The notes under the pieces were generated by a model. It saw nothing but the letters and a program-made list of their open reading frames with translations, had not been told where the DNA came from and made no database searches. From the NCBI GenBank assembly GCA_965218775.1, contig CBDCLS010000005.1, positions 702,498 to 766,497 on the forward strand: DNA of 64,000 nucleotides, read 5' to 3'. The DNA comes from Acidobacteriota bacterium. Lineage in GTDB: Bacteria; Acidobacteriota; UBA6911; RPQK01; JAJDTT01. Positions 18,440 to 28,415 of the stretch are shown here, piece after piece (the first letter of the stretch is position 1; every line of letters begins with the position of its first letter). The position numbers were made by a program, and so were the translations under genes.

Positions 18440-19690
18440 TCACGTAGCAATCCCTTCCAGGAGTGCCAAACGCACCAGCTGTATCGCGCTCAGACTGATA
18501 CGTGTCCGATCTGGCCTGCCCCGTCCCGCGATGTTGTAGGTTTTTGTTCTGTGGTCTTTTCCATCGGTGATGCAAAGATAGGTCGCGCCTTTTCCCAGAT
18601 TGTGGCTGCGCTGGCCCGGCTCGGGCACACCGTGAACGGCAAGTCCCCAGTCCGCTTCTTCTCGAGTACAAACCGCAGAAGCCAGCTCGGCGACCAGGGT
18701 GTTGGGATCCTTCAGAGAACTCATTCCCTCGCTGCTAGAACCGGCGGCAAGCAAACGCTCGACTGATTTGACATCGTTGCAAATGACGCCTCCCAGAAAA
18801 TGCTCGTCGCTGGCCTGCTGTAGTCGCTCTGCTACCATGCCGCTAGTGACATCCTCATAGACGGCAAGGGTCACGTTCCACTGGCGCAAGAGTTTGCCGA
18901 CCGCCTGTTCCAGAGTCTCTTGGTCGACCCCAAAGATATGTCGTCCCAACAGGCTCCGAACCTTCTCCTCGACCGGATCGATGAGCCCTTGAGCCGCCTC
19001 TAGGCTCGAAGCCTTTGCCGCGATCCGTATATCCACCTGGCCAGGATGCGCAAGCACGCCCACCGTGGGATTGCTGGAGCCCGCAATGAGGTCGCCAATC
19101 TGGTGGTCTACGCTGCTCTCACCAATATCGGCAACCTTTAGAATCCGGTAGGTGATGACTTCTGCCAGGCCGAACTTCTTCCGCAGGTAGGGCTCCACTT
19201 CGTGTTCAAAAAGCCACTTCAGCTCGTGAGGCACCCCGGGCAGGGCAAAGATCACACCTCTGGAGTCCTCCACGATGAACGCCGGCGCGGTACCATTCGG
19301 ATTATGTACCGGGATGGCTCCCTCGGGAATGTCCGCTTGACGTTCATTGTTGGCGGTCATGATGAATCCTCGACTCCGAAACCGCAGTTCGATCTCATCC
19401 ATCAGCTGGGGATCACGGACGAGTTTCCGTCCCGTCACCGCCGCAATGACCTCTCGCGTTACATCATCCTGGGTTGGCCCCAGACCGCCGCCCGTTATCA
19501 CAACATCCGAGCGATCCAAGGCCTTGGAAATCACTTCCTCCATCCGATTCTGGTTGTCTCCGACGACGGTTTTGTAAAAGAGATTGACCCCTAGGCTGGT
19601 TAGCCTCTGGGCGATCCAGGCCGAGTTGGTGTCGACGATCTGGCCCAGTAGGAGTTCCGAGCCGATTGCCACTATTTCAGCATTGGCCAT
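18440..19690 (-). CDS. cinA: CinA-family protein (MocF-like domain + PncC-like domain)
   Basis: AEIVAIGSELLLGQIVDTN, GGLGPTQDDVT, LPGVPHE; degenerate C-terminal domain. Confidence 0.85.
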   Translation of the reverse strand: MANAEIVAIGSELLLGQIVDTNSAWIAQRLTSLGVNLFYKTVVGDNQNRMEEVISKALDRSDVVITGGGLGPTQDDVTREVIAAVTGRKLVRDPQLMDEIELRFRSRGFIMTANNERQADIPEGAIPVHNPNGTAPAFIVEDSRGVIFALPGVPHELKWLFEHEVEPYLRKKFGLAEVITYRILKVADIGESSVDHQIGDLIAGSSNPTVGVLAHPGQVDIRIAAKASSLEAAQGLIDPVEEKVRSLLGRHIFGVDQETLEQAVGKLLRQWNVTLAVYEDVTSGMVAERLQQASDEHFLGGVICNDVKSVERLLAAGSSSEGMSSLKDPNTLVAELASAVCTREEADWGLAVHGVPEPGQRSHNLGKGATYLCITDGKDHRTKTYNIAGRGRPDRTRISLSAIQLVRLALLEGIAT

Positions 19691-19777
19691 TTCGTTACCC
19701 TTCGATCTCTGGCCAGGATTCTCGGCAGCGGGGATGATTCAGGCCAACACTTCATATCGGAGCAGGCTTTCCTGGTT

Positions 19778-20779
19778 TCACGTTAGGTATTGGCGGGCGT
19801 GCTCCGCTCCCTTTACCAGCACTCTGAGCTTGCCTCTCGTGATTTCCACCGGCACGTGTTGGAAACCACATTCCGAAGCCAACAGGAGCCGTTCCGGTGA
19901 AAAATAGCGCGTCGCCGGCCTGGTTCTTTCGGTGATCTCGCTGGGCGATTCCATTCTGTCGCTCCTTTGATCCAGGACCCCGACGGCGAACTCGCCCTTG
20001 TAATCGATTTTCTCCCAGAGCGCCATCATGTCGTAATCCAGCGTGCAGTGCTCCAGCGAGAGCTGGTCCACCGGGGCAATCTGGAAGGCTTCCGCCATGT
20101 CCGTGTAGGGCGCGAAATAAGAGCGCTTTCGGTAAGCATTTCCTCCACAGACGTGCAGACCGACCTTCACACCCAGCCCCTCGACCGCAGTCTTCAGCAC
20201 CTCCGCCGCCCAGACCACATCTTCCGGAAAAGCCGTCCAGGCGGGCTCATCGAATTGGATGAACTCACATCCCTCGCGAACCAGGTCCCGAAACTCCTGG
20301 TTCAGGACCCGAGCGTAGGCCAGTGCCAACTCCTGATCATCGGCGTACAGATCCGACCTCTGGTTATCTGAGAACCTGGCCAGCATATGCGGACCGATAC
20401 ACGTCATCTTGACCTCAACCTCGGGTGGTGCCTGATCCCGCGCCACACGCCAGTCGTGAGCCAGACCGATCTTCGGATCCTCGATGGGTCCTAAAACCTG
20501 GGGTAGTTCGATGCCGAATCCGGTGGGGCCGAAGGCACGGAAGGACATCTGCTCGAAGCTAACGCCTCCGACTCTTTTCTGCACGAAATAGTACATGTTC
20601 TCACGGCGTCCCTCCCCGTCGGTGACGATGTCCAGCCCGGCTTCGACCTGCTCTCTCACTGCCCAGCAAATCACCTCGTCTGCTTCCTGACGCGATAGCT
20701 CTGGCTTTCTGAGGGTATCCGCGGGTTGAACCGGTCGGGGAAAACTACCCGTGACCGTCGTTCGGAAAGGTTTCGTCAT
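19778..20779 (-). CDS. Second short methionine synthase II family protein
   Basis: TTVTGSFPRP, DIVTDGEGRR, HVCGGN, SECGF. Confidence 0.85.
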   Translation of the reverse strand: MTKPFRTTVTGSFPRPVQPADTLRKPELSRQEADEVICWAVREQVEAGLDIVTDGEGRRENMYYFVQKRVGGVSFEQMSFRAFGPTGFGIELPQVLGPIEDPKIGLAHDWRVARDQAPPEVEVKMTCIGPHMLARFSDNQRSDLYADDQELALAYARVLNQEFRDLVREGCEFIQFDEPAWTAFPEDVVWAAEVLKTAVEGLGVKVGLHVCGGNAYRKRSYFAPYTDMAEAFQIAPVDQLSLEHCTLDYDMMALWEKIDYKGEFAVGVLDQRSDRMESPSEITERTRPATRYFSPERLLLASECGFQHVPVEITRGKLRVLVKGAEHARQYLT

Positions 20780-20883
20780 ATTTGTATCACTGCCCTTCGG
20801 TTGCGCTGTGTGGTGATATCAAATCGTGAGTCCAGGTGCAATCGGCAGTCCGCTTTGGCAGCGCGCTCCAGTTGCAGCTCGGA

Positions 20884-22236
20884 CTACCGAAACAGCTCCT
20901 TGAGAACCCTTCCCTGAGCCCGCGAAAACTCTACCTCCAGGATCCTCGCGATGGTCGGAGCCAGATCCAGTAGCCGCACGGTTTCCAAGCGATGGGCCTG
21001 TTTGATCCCGGGCCCCTTGGCCAGGAACGCGGCCTTCAGACCTGGGAAGTCGGGGCCGTAGCCATGCATCCCTCGCGTATCCGAGGGGGAGACGAGTTCT
21101 CCCTGTACCTCAGCGCTGAAGAAGTATCCGGGACGTGCTTCCAGCACGGCCAGAGCTCGACTAAATCCCCCCGTCTGGCTCAGCTCGGACCCCATGTAGA
21201 CTCGTCCTATACCATAGCTGGGGTTTGATTTTAATAAATTGACCAGATCGAGCACCTTCTGGCGACTGTCGGGAGAAGCGGCGGGATGAGGCACGATTGC
21301 CAGGGAACCCCCAGCGGCCCAGGGAGCCGCTTGCCAGGAAGTAATCTCTCCGTGTCCATCGGCTTGTAGTAAATCGAGAGCGCGCATCAAGACCCCGGGT
21401 TTGATGACGCTGTCGACTGCCACGAAGCCATGGTCTGAGACCACCAGGATGCTGGTCGACTCCCAGCGCCCCGCCTGATCCAGAGCAGTGAAGAGCTCAC
21501 CCAGATGGCCGTCGATCTTCTCCAGGGCCTGCTTGGCTGGGATGCTGCCGGGTCCATGCCGATGCTGAGCCCCATCCAGTTCGAGGTAGTGGATCGCCAT
21601 GAGTCCCGGCTTCTTCCCCAGAAAGTACAGTGCCACTCGAGTCCGAATGTCATCGCCCATCCGAACCAGCTTCTCGGCCGGGGGAAGGAAGTCCCGAAGA
21701 TCCTGGTCCGACACCAGGCTGCGAAGATTCTTGGCCTCATGAAGATTCGGCACCGGATACATGTCGGGCAGGTTCCAGTCGATAGGAGCCCCGGCGGTCA
21801 CGGGCCAGGTCACGGAAGCTGTTCGTATCCCCAGCTTCCGCGCAGCGTCGAAGATCGTGCCTACCTTGAGATCCTCGTAGAACCAGTGCCAGCCCCCTCC
21901 CAGTGCTCCATCCGGATCGAACACAAGATTGCTCTCGATGCCGTGACGGGCCGGATTGACCCCTGTGATCATGGTGGTGTGAGCGGGAAAGGTTACCGAA
22001 GGCATCACACTGAGGGCTCCCTCAGCGTACGAGCCCTCCAGCATCAATCGCCGGAGGTTGGGGATCTTCAAACCCAGATCATCAGCGCGGAGGTAGTAAT
22101 CCGGCATCAGGCCGTCAATGGAAACCAGGATCACGTCTCCAGCCCAGACCGGCATTACCAGGAGTGCGAGGCAACCCAGAGCGGATGTCAGTAGACAAAG
22201 TCGCCGCCGAGCCGTGTAGCCAGCTAATCGGATCAT
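20884..22236 (-). CDS. Secreted nucleotide pyrophosphatase/phosphodiesterase (alkaline phosphatase superfamily)
   Basis: LVSIDG, PSVTFPAHTTMITG, LDGAQH..G, VSDHG, GMHGY. Confidence 0.9.
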   Translation of the reverse strand: MIRLAGYTARRRLCLLTSALGCLALLVMPVWAGDVILVSIDGLMPDYYLRADDLGLKIPNLRRLMLEGSYAEGALSVMPSVTFPAHTTMITGVNPARHGIESNLVFDPDGALGGGWHWFYEDLKVGTIFDAARKLGIRTASVTWPVTAGAPIDWNLPDMYPVPNLHEAKNLRSLVSDQDLRDFLPPAEKLVRMGDDIRTRVALYFLGKKPGLMAIHYLELDGAQHRHGPGSIPAKQALEKIDGHLGELFTALDQAGRWESTSILVVSDHGFVAVDSVIKPGVLMRALDLLQADGHGEITSWQAAPWAAGGSLAIVPHPAASPDSRQKVLDLVNLLKSNPSYGIGRVYMGSELSQTGGFSRALAVLEARPGYFFSAEVQGELVSPSDTRGMHGYGPDFPGLKAAFLAKGPGIKQAHRLETVRLLDLAPTIARILEVEFSRAQGRVLKELFR

Positions 22237-22522
22237 CGCCCCTCTCCTTTCAACGATTCCCACTGAAGGCGCCCTCCAGAAATTGCTCTCGGCTGGCAGG
22301 AGATTCCACCTTTTCAGGTATCTGCCAGCGCGTCTCCTTTTGAGTACACCCGGCTGCTGCGAAAACGATGCCTGCGCCCAGCAAGAGCAGACGAAAAAGG
22401 TCGTAGGAGCAGTATCGACTCGACGGTCGGTCGTTGATCATTTTCTCAGGTCCTCGTCTGATGGCGGGAGGGGGCACGAGACCGCACAGTCCCCACACGA
22501 GAACTGCCAGGAAGAGACCCTC

Positions 22523-23602
22523 TCACTTCACCTCGGCAACCCAGTGGCTCTTGAATCCGACTTCTTGATAGCTATTCTGCGAGGAGGGCCCATCGCTGAC
22601 CCAGAGTGTCTGACGTCCTAGATCCATCACGATGGAACACAGGGTCTGAAGCCAACTGGCAGCGTCGGCCTGGGTGCAATCGGCTAGCTGACAGATCGAG
22701 TTCCCTCCGTCCGAACGATCGGCGAGCCAGCCCTGCACCGTCTCTGGCGTAACGGATGAAGATTGGTCGGTCAACTGGGCCCAACGCAGACCCCGAATCC
22801 TGCTGTTTTCAAAATTGCAGGGTTCGTCTTCGTGGAGGCAATGATTCGTGTGCCAGTAGACTTGTTTGGGAGTGAGGTCGGCCCGCACTATTCTTCCCGG
22901 AGCGGACTCAAAGTTCACCGCCCGGCCCCGATCGTCCGCTACCAGAACATTCACTGTCGCCAATGGCGCAGATTCGGTCATGACTTCGCACGCCTGAGCA
23001 AGGGTCTTCTGGGCCAGAATCTCCCGACCTAGCACAACGAACAACTGATCGCCGATACTGGCCTTCTCGCGGCATCTCAGCCCCGCCGCGACCAGCCCCA
23101 GACCATGCTGATTCAGACCGTACTTACCGGGCTGCCCGCACTCGGTCACCATGATGTGGTCGGGAACGTCATCGCATCGAGCGACGAAGACTGCTCTGAA
23201 ATCCATGACCTCGGGCCGCCAGTCCCAGCTTTGTCCCAGCAGCGTATTGCCGCTTTGGGACTTCTGCGGACCCACGAAGAGATTGGAACAGTCACCTAGG
23301 GCCACTGTTTCGAACGTGATCTCATAGCGCGCAGAAAGGACCAGAATATCTTCCAGCGTCTGCCCCGAGCCTTCCGCGATGCCCTCGTATTCGTCGAACA
23401 ACAGGGGACTCACCCGATGCGTCGGCTCGATAAAGGCAGCCGCTCGCTGGCGCAGCGCTTCGGGTTCCAATCCCAGGTGACGCTGAAAGAACCAACGATA
23501 GAACTCGACCGCCCACTCGATGGGAGCCTTCAGCAAGCGTCCATGCTGCTGCCCCCGCTGGCGGCTGCTTCCCTTCAACTCGATGAAATGTAGTTTCGAC
23601 AT
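22523..23602 (-). CDS. C45 family Ntn-hydrolase (acyl-CoA:6-APA acyltransferase-like)
   Basis: GSSRQRGQQHG, GD|CSN autocleavage Cys, GQSWDW, GLNQHGL, HTNH. Confidence 0.85.
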   Translation of the reverse strand: MSKLHFIELKGSSRQRGQQHGRLLKAPIEWAVEFYRWFFQRHLGLEPEALRQRAAAFIEPTHRVSPLLFDEYEGIAEGSGQTLEDILVLSARYEITFETVALGDCSNLFVGPQKSQSGNTLLGQSWDWRPEVMDFRAVFVARCDDVPDHIMVTECGQPGKYGLNQHGLGLVAAGLRCREKASIGDQLFVVLGREILAQKTLAQACEVMTESAPLATVNVLVADDRGRAVNFESAPGRIVRADLTPKQVYWHTNHCLHEDEPCNFENSRIRGLRWAQLTDQSSSVTPETVQGWLADRSDGGNSICQLADCTQADAASWLQTLCSIVMDLGRQTLWVSDGPSSQNSYQEVGFKSHWVAEVK

Positions 23603-23715
23603 GGGGCTTACTTCTTCCCTCGGGCTATCGGCACAGCAAATTCGAAGTCAGTAGCGTCGCCAGCGGCTCGAGATCGTTGAGGGGGGAACTTCGGCTCTGG
23701 GATCGGGGAAGATTC

Positions 23716-23792
23716 TGCTGTTGTCCGGCTCTCTCGCCGGAACTTGGGCTCGCATTGCTGACAAGTCAAGTCGTTCGCTGCTCTGTCGGACG
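23716..23792. repeat. Conserved 77-bp intergenic element, copy A
   Basis: 63/77 nt ungapped identity with 48076-48152. Confidence 0.7.
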
Positions 23793-23858
23793 CTGCTTCA
23801 TGTTGGTGGTGGTCCCGGTCTTCGCAGTTCTCTTTGACCTGCAACCTGTGACCAATTC

Positions 23859-25082
23859 TCAGTCCCGGGAGGGCAGTTGATGGACGATTTTTCCCGATTT
23901 GATGACCGTCCGGGGAGCCCGAAGCACCTCGAGATCTTCCAGTGGATTCCCTTCCACAAGAATCAAGTCTGCTCGATAATCTTCCTTGACCTCTCCCAAC
24001 TTCGGCAACTTCATGAGAGAGGCTCCCTCACTGGTCACGGTGCGGAGCGCCTCTGTTCTGGAGAGACCGGCCTCAGTGTAGGACTCGATCTCATCGACCA
24101 GTGAGTTGAAGGGTGTATTGGTGGCGCCGCAGTCGGTGCCGCCGATTATCTTCATCCCCAGTCGGTGGAAGTGTCCGGTATTGGTAAGACGTCCTTCGAG
24201 TCGTTCCACAGCCGCAACGTCCCCTGGGTTGTGGGCAGCACCCGTTTGCCTGAAACGTCGGGCGGTCTGAAGAGCGCAGTAGACGGTTGGGCTAACGACG
24301 ATGCCTTTATCCCTGATGCGCTTTGAGATCTCCGCATCGTAGCGGTAACGACCCGGCGGCTCGACGTAACTGACATGCTCGATCATATCAAGATCGGCCT
24401 CAATAGCCCGCTCTACACTTTCAGTGGCGTGGCAATGAGCTGTGATCTGTACCCCGTTGGCGTGAGCCATGTCCGCCGCTTCTTTCATCAGTTCGATTGC
24501 CAGGTCGGCCTCGTGCGGCACCGTGCCGGGAGTCAGGCCGCCTCCGGAGGCCATCAGCTTCACGAACCCGGCGCCCTGCTCGAGGTGCGACTCGATCCTT
24601 CGACGCAGTTCCTCAACGGTCGCCACCTCACCACCTAAGAAGTGACAATGCCCTTTGGGCCTCATCAGTGCATGTCCACAGCTGATGATGTGCGGACCCG
24701 AAATCTCGTTTCGCTCGACTCGCTGTTGAAACTGAAACATGAGAGGGCCCGGAGCTCCGCAGTCCCGCATGGTAGTGATCCCCGCCTGGATGGCGATGCG
24801 GGCGTTGCTCACCGCCGTAGCCATCCGCGCTTCATCATCGCTGCCGATGTAACTTCCCCTCGGATCGCCTCCGGCGTCCAGGAAGAAGTGCACGTGGCAG
24901 TCGATCAGTCCGGGACAGAGGTACAATCCGGTCCCGTCAATGGTCCGTCCAGACCAATCGCTCGGAGGCGAACCCACGGATTTAATCCGATCGCCTTGGA
25001 TGATCGCAGTCCCTCGTTCCAGAATCGTGCCTCCTCTCACGTTCACGACGTTGGCATTCTGGATGCAGAATGAGCTATCCAT
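23859..25082 (-). CDS. Metal-dependent amidohydrolase (imidazolonepropionase-like family)
   Basis: PGLIDCHVH, GITTMRDCG, VKLMASGG, AHCH, IEH, GTDCG, ADLILVEGNPL. Confidence 0.9.
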   Translation of the reverse strand: MDSSFCIQNANVVNVRGGTILERGTAIIQGDRIKSVGSPPSDWSGRTIDGTGLYLCPGLIDCHVHFFLDAGGDPRGSYIGSDDEARMATAVSNARIAIQAGITTMRDCGAPGPLMFQFQQRVERNEISGPHIISCGHALMRPKGHCHFLGGEVATVEELRRRIESHLEQGAGFVKLMASGGGLTPGTVPHEADLAIELMKEAADMAHANGVQITAHCHATESVERAIEADLDMIEHVSYVEPPGRYRYDAEISKRIRDKGIVVSPTVYCALQTARRFRQTGAAHNPGDVAAVERLEGRLTNTGHFHRLGMKIIGGTDCGATNTPFNSLVDEIESYTEAGLSRTEALRTVTSEGASLMKLPKLGEVKEDYRADLILVEGNPLEDLEVLRAPRTVIKSGKIVHQLPSRD

Positions 25083-25335
25083 ATCGACTTATCTCCCTGG
25101 ATTCTAAACTTCGGGCTCGCGAAGTCAGCTTTCTCGAAAGGATGATACCACCGCACCTATCTATCCAATAGACCCAGAGGGTCTTCTTCGATTACCACGT
25201 TGTTCGGGAGAGATTAGATGCCACGGGGATTGTAATGCCAGGCCGGGCGGCACTACACTCACTTCACAAACTTGCAAGGAGGAGTCGTCGAATGAAGTTC
25301 GTAAGAGTTGGCGGAGCTCTCTGTTTGCAGGCCAA

Positions 25336-28300
25336 ATGACTTACGGTTTTCGGCTACGCAGAATCATCGTACAAGACCTTTGTCTGGCCCTTGGGCTACT
25401 CACCCTGGGCGGCTGCAGGGAGGGGACATCGCCACCCTATTCGCCAGAGGAGGCACTTTGGACTTTCCGACTACCCCAGGGATTTCGCATCGAGCTTGTG
25501 GCCTCAGAGCCGATGATCGGCGACCCGGTGGCCATGGCATTCGACGCTCAGGGACGCATGTTCGTTCTGGAGATGGGCGACTATCCCATGCAGCCGGATC
25601 CCCAAGGGAGGGTCATCGTCCTGGAGGACTCCGACGGCCAGGGGGTATTCACCAAGCGCAGCGTGTACGCCGACAATCTCCCCTTCCCAACCGGCTTGAT
25701 GCCTTGGAGGGACGGTGTGCTGGTTGCCGCCGCACCGCACATCTATTACCTACCCGATGAAGATCAAGACCTGCAGGCCGACGAAAGACGTGTGCTGCTC
25801 ACAGGCTTCAATCCCTATAACCCCCAGCTCCGAGTGAACGGACTTCTCTACGGCATCGACAATTGGATCTACGGAGCCTATCCCAAAGTGGGTCCCTCCA
25901 GGCGCCATCCCAGACTTTTCGGTCAGCCAGGCGAGCCCCTTCACTTTCCAGATCACCCCGAGGTCCCAGCGGTCGACGTCTCCAGCCTGGGCACCGATTT
26001 CCGCTTTCGACCAGATCTACAGAAGCTGGAGCCAGTCTCCGGGAATTCCCAATACGGCAATGCCTTTGACGCCCGAGGGAATCGCTTCGGGCTCTGGAAC
26101 AACAACCATATCCGCCATCCCGTGGTTGCCCATCGCTACCTGGCCCGTAATCCCTATCTGGCTGTGTCCAGTACCATGCAGTTCCCTTCCGACCACGAGA
26201 ATCAATCTACGGTCTATCCCCTCACCGACAACCCGATCTACATCCATGAGTCCCAGGTGGGAAAATTCACTTCCAGCTGCGGCAATTCCATCTATAGCGC
26301 CGCCCAGTTCCCGGACAGATTGCGTGGAGCCTATTTCGTCTGCGATCCGCTCCACAATCTGGTGCACTGCGATCTTCTCTCCCCTGACGGCCCCACCTTT
26401 TCCGCTAAGAGAGCCTTTGAACAGAAAGAGTTCCTGGCTTCCACCGACGCCTGGTTCAAACCGGTGTTCACCACGGTCGGGCCAGATGGAGCGCTCTATG
26501 TGGTCGACTACTATCGTAAGTACATCGAGCATCCGGACTATGTCCCGGAGGGCCTGGAAGGCCAGTTCGACCTGCGCGCGGGAGCCGGCAGGGGACGCAT
26601 CTATAGGGTGCTCTATGAAGGGACTCAGCTTGAACCAACAAAGCCAGAGCTGCAGTTTGCAGACTCCAGGCAACTGGCCCAGACGCTGGCCCATGCCAAC
26701 ATGTGGTGGCGAATCACGGCCCAACGCCTGCTGGTTGAGCGGCAGGCCGAGTCTGCCCTGCCCCACTTGCGGAAGCTCCTGCAGAGAGCTGATTCCCCGG
26801 AAAGCCGAATCCACGCACTCTGGACTCTGGAGGGAATCGGTGGGCTAGAGCCTGATCTGCTGCTGCAGGCTCTCCTCGACGAAGACGCAGGAGTTCGCGA
26901 ACATGCGGTTCGGCTTTCTGAGCAGGTTGAATCAGCTTTCCTCAAAGCAAAGCTTCTGAAGCTATTGGACGATCCAGATGATCGTGTTCAGTTTCAGCTG
27001 GCTTGTACCCTGGGGCTCCTCCCCGAAGCAGAGTCATTTCCAGCGCTCACCCAGATCCTCAAGCAACATCAAGAGAACCGCTGGTTTCAAGTCGCCGTTC
27101 TAACTTCGGCTGCCGAGAATGCGCAGGGATGGTTCCAGACGCTCACCGGAGACCGCACCTTTCTTTCATCAGAGTCTGAAGGAAAGCGAGAGCTCCTCTC
27201 CAGAATCACTCATATCCTTGGTGCCCGCCAGCTCGAGACCGAGATTGCGGCAGTTCTCGACTTCCTGGTGGGTACCCCAAAGTCTCCCGATGATTGGTGG
27301 CGAGCCGCCAGCTTGGCCGGACTCGGCCAAGGATTGGGACAAGCCGCGTCAAGCAAGTTTTCCCTGGCCCCAACTGCCGAGCGGGACCTCTTTGAGCTTA
27401 TCGCCTCATCGTCGCCAAAGATTGCGGAGGCCGCCTTGGACCTGGCCTCCCGCATTCAGTTGATTTACTCGCAGCCCCTCCGCGGGCTTGTCAAAGATGC
27501 CGTAGCCGCGTCGGCCCGGAAACCCGAGATAGCCTCCAGGGTCAACGCCGTCCGGATCATGGCGCTCGACCCTACTGAGTCCACCATTCCGGTTCTCGAC
27601 CAGCTCCTGGATCCCCGGGAGCCTTCGGAGATTCAAACTGCCGCTGCCAAGGCCCTCCTCCAGCAAGGCCACGCGAAGTCGGTTCCATTCCTGCTGCGCA
27701 AGTGGAAAAGCTATACTGAGCCCGTCCGGAAAGTCGTCTGGGAAGGGTTTCTGGGCCGAAAGGATTTCTTGAAGGTGCTGATCGAGAGCATCAGAAACGA
27801 AACAGTCCCTGCCTGGACCGTCAGTCGCCCTCGTGCCAATCAACTGCTGCAATCTCCTGACGAGAGCGTCCGGCGCCAAGCCGAGGCTCTCTTCGCCGAT
27901 CTATCGCAGGACAGACAGGCGCTGATAGAAAGGTACAAGCCTGCTCTATCCGTCCAGGGTAAAGTCTCGAAGGGTCGAGAGGTCTTTCGCCGGAATTGCA
28001 GCCGCTGTCACAGGTTGGACGGGATGGGCAACGAAGTCGGTCCTGACTTGACAGATGTGATCGGGCGCCGGCCCAAGGGGTTCTTCCTCACCAAGGTGCT
28101 GGATCCCAACCTCAACATCTCGCCCGGCTACGAGACGTACGTCATCGAGACACGGAGTGGATCCACCATCACAGGCGTCGTCGCCCAGGAGAGTCCCAGT
28201 TCCATGATACTAAGGCGGGAAGAAGGAGAAGAAGAAACGGTTCTCCGCAGGAGCATCACCTCACTCCGGGTGTCCGCCGTGTCTACCATGCCAGAGGGCT

Positions 28301-28380
28301 TGGAGGAAGAAATTGATCTGAAGGCGATGGCTGATTTGCTGCAATACCTTCAGAGGCTCGGGACACCTGGTCCTTTGTAG
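25336..28380 (+). CDS. PVC-type membrane-bound dehydrogenase-like protein (propeller + HEAT repeats + CxxCH cytochrome c)
   Basis: FRLPQGFRIELVASEP..DPVAMAFD, GPDGALYV, HEAT repeats, NCSRCH, VGPDLT, STMPEGLE. Confidence 0.88.
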   Translation: MTYGFRLRRIIVQDLCLALGLLTLGGCREGTSPPYSPEEALWTFRLPQGFRIELVASEPMIGDPVAMAFDAQGRMFVLEMGDYPMQPDPQGRVIVLEDSDGQGVFTKRSVYADNLPFPTGLMPWRDGVLVAAAPHIYYLPDEDQDLQADERRVLLTGFNPYNPQLRVNGLLYGIDNWIYGAYPKVGPSRRHPRLFGQPGEPLHFPDHPEVPAVDVSSLGTDFRFRPDLQKLEPVSGNSQYGNAFDARGNRFGLWNNNHIRHPVVAHRYLARNPYLAVSSTMQFPSDHENQSTVYPLTDNPIYIHESQVGKFTSSCGNSIYSAAQFPDRLRGAYFVCDPLHNLVHCDLLSPDGPTFSAKRAFEQKEFLASTDAWFKPVFTTVGPDGALYVVDYYRKYIEHPDYVPEGLEGQFDLRAGAGRGRIYRVLYEGTQLEPTKPELQFADSRQLAQTLAHANMWWRITAQRLLVERQAESALPHLRKLLQRADSPESRIHALWTLEGIGGLEPDLLLQALLDEDAGVREHAVRLSEQVESAFLKAKLLKLLDDPDDRVQFQLACTLGLLPEAESFPALTQILKQHQENRWFQVAVLTSAAENAQGWFQTLTGDRTFLSSESEGKRELLSRITHILGARQLETEIAAVLDFLVGTPKSPDDWWRAASLAGLGQGLGQAASSKFSLAPTAERDLFELIASSSPKIAEAALDLASRIQLIYSQPLRGLVKDAVAASARKPEIASRVNAVRIMALDPTESTIPVLDQLLDPREPSEIQTAAAKALLQQGHAKSVPFLLRKWKSYTEPVRKVVWEGFLGRKDFLKVLIESIRNETVPAWTVSRPRANQLLQSPDESVRRQAEALFADLSQDRQALIERYKPALSVQGKVSKGREVFRRNCSRCHRLDGMGNEVGPDLTDVIGRRPKGFFLTKVLDPNLNISPGYETYVIETRSGSTITGVVAQESPSSMILRREEGEEETVLRRSITSLRVSAVSTMPEGLEEEIDLKAMADLLQYLQRLGTPGPL

Positions 28381-28415
28381 TCAGGCAACAGACAGCCCCA
28401 CCATTTAACTCGTTC

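Noticed and set aside
20843-20889. 10-bp imperfect inverted repeat containing GTAG
   Set aside because: Single copy overlapping a stop codon, with no U-tract and no match to the REP family.
22250-22498. Short ORF with a lipobox-like AAGC
   Set aside because: No recognisable homology or clear SD; may be a remnant but cannot be supported.
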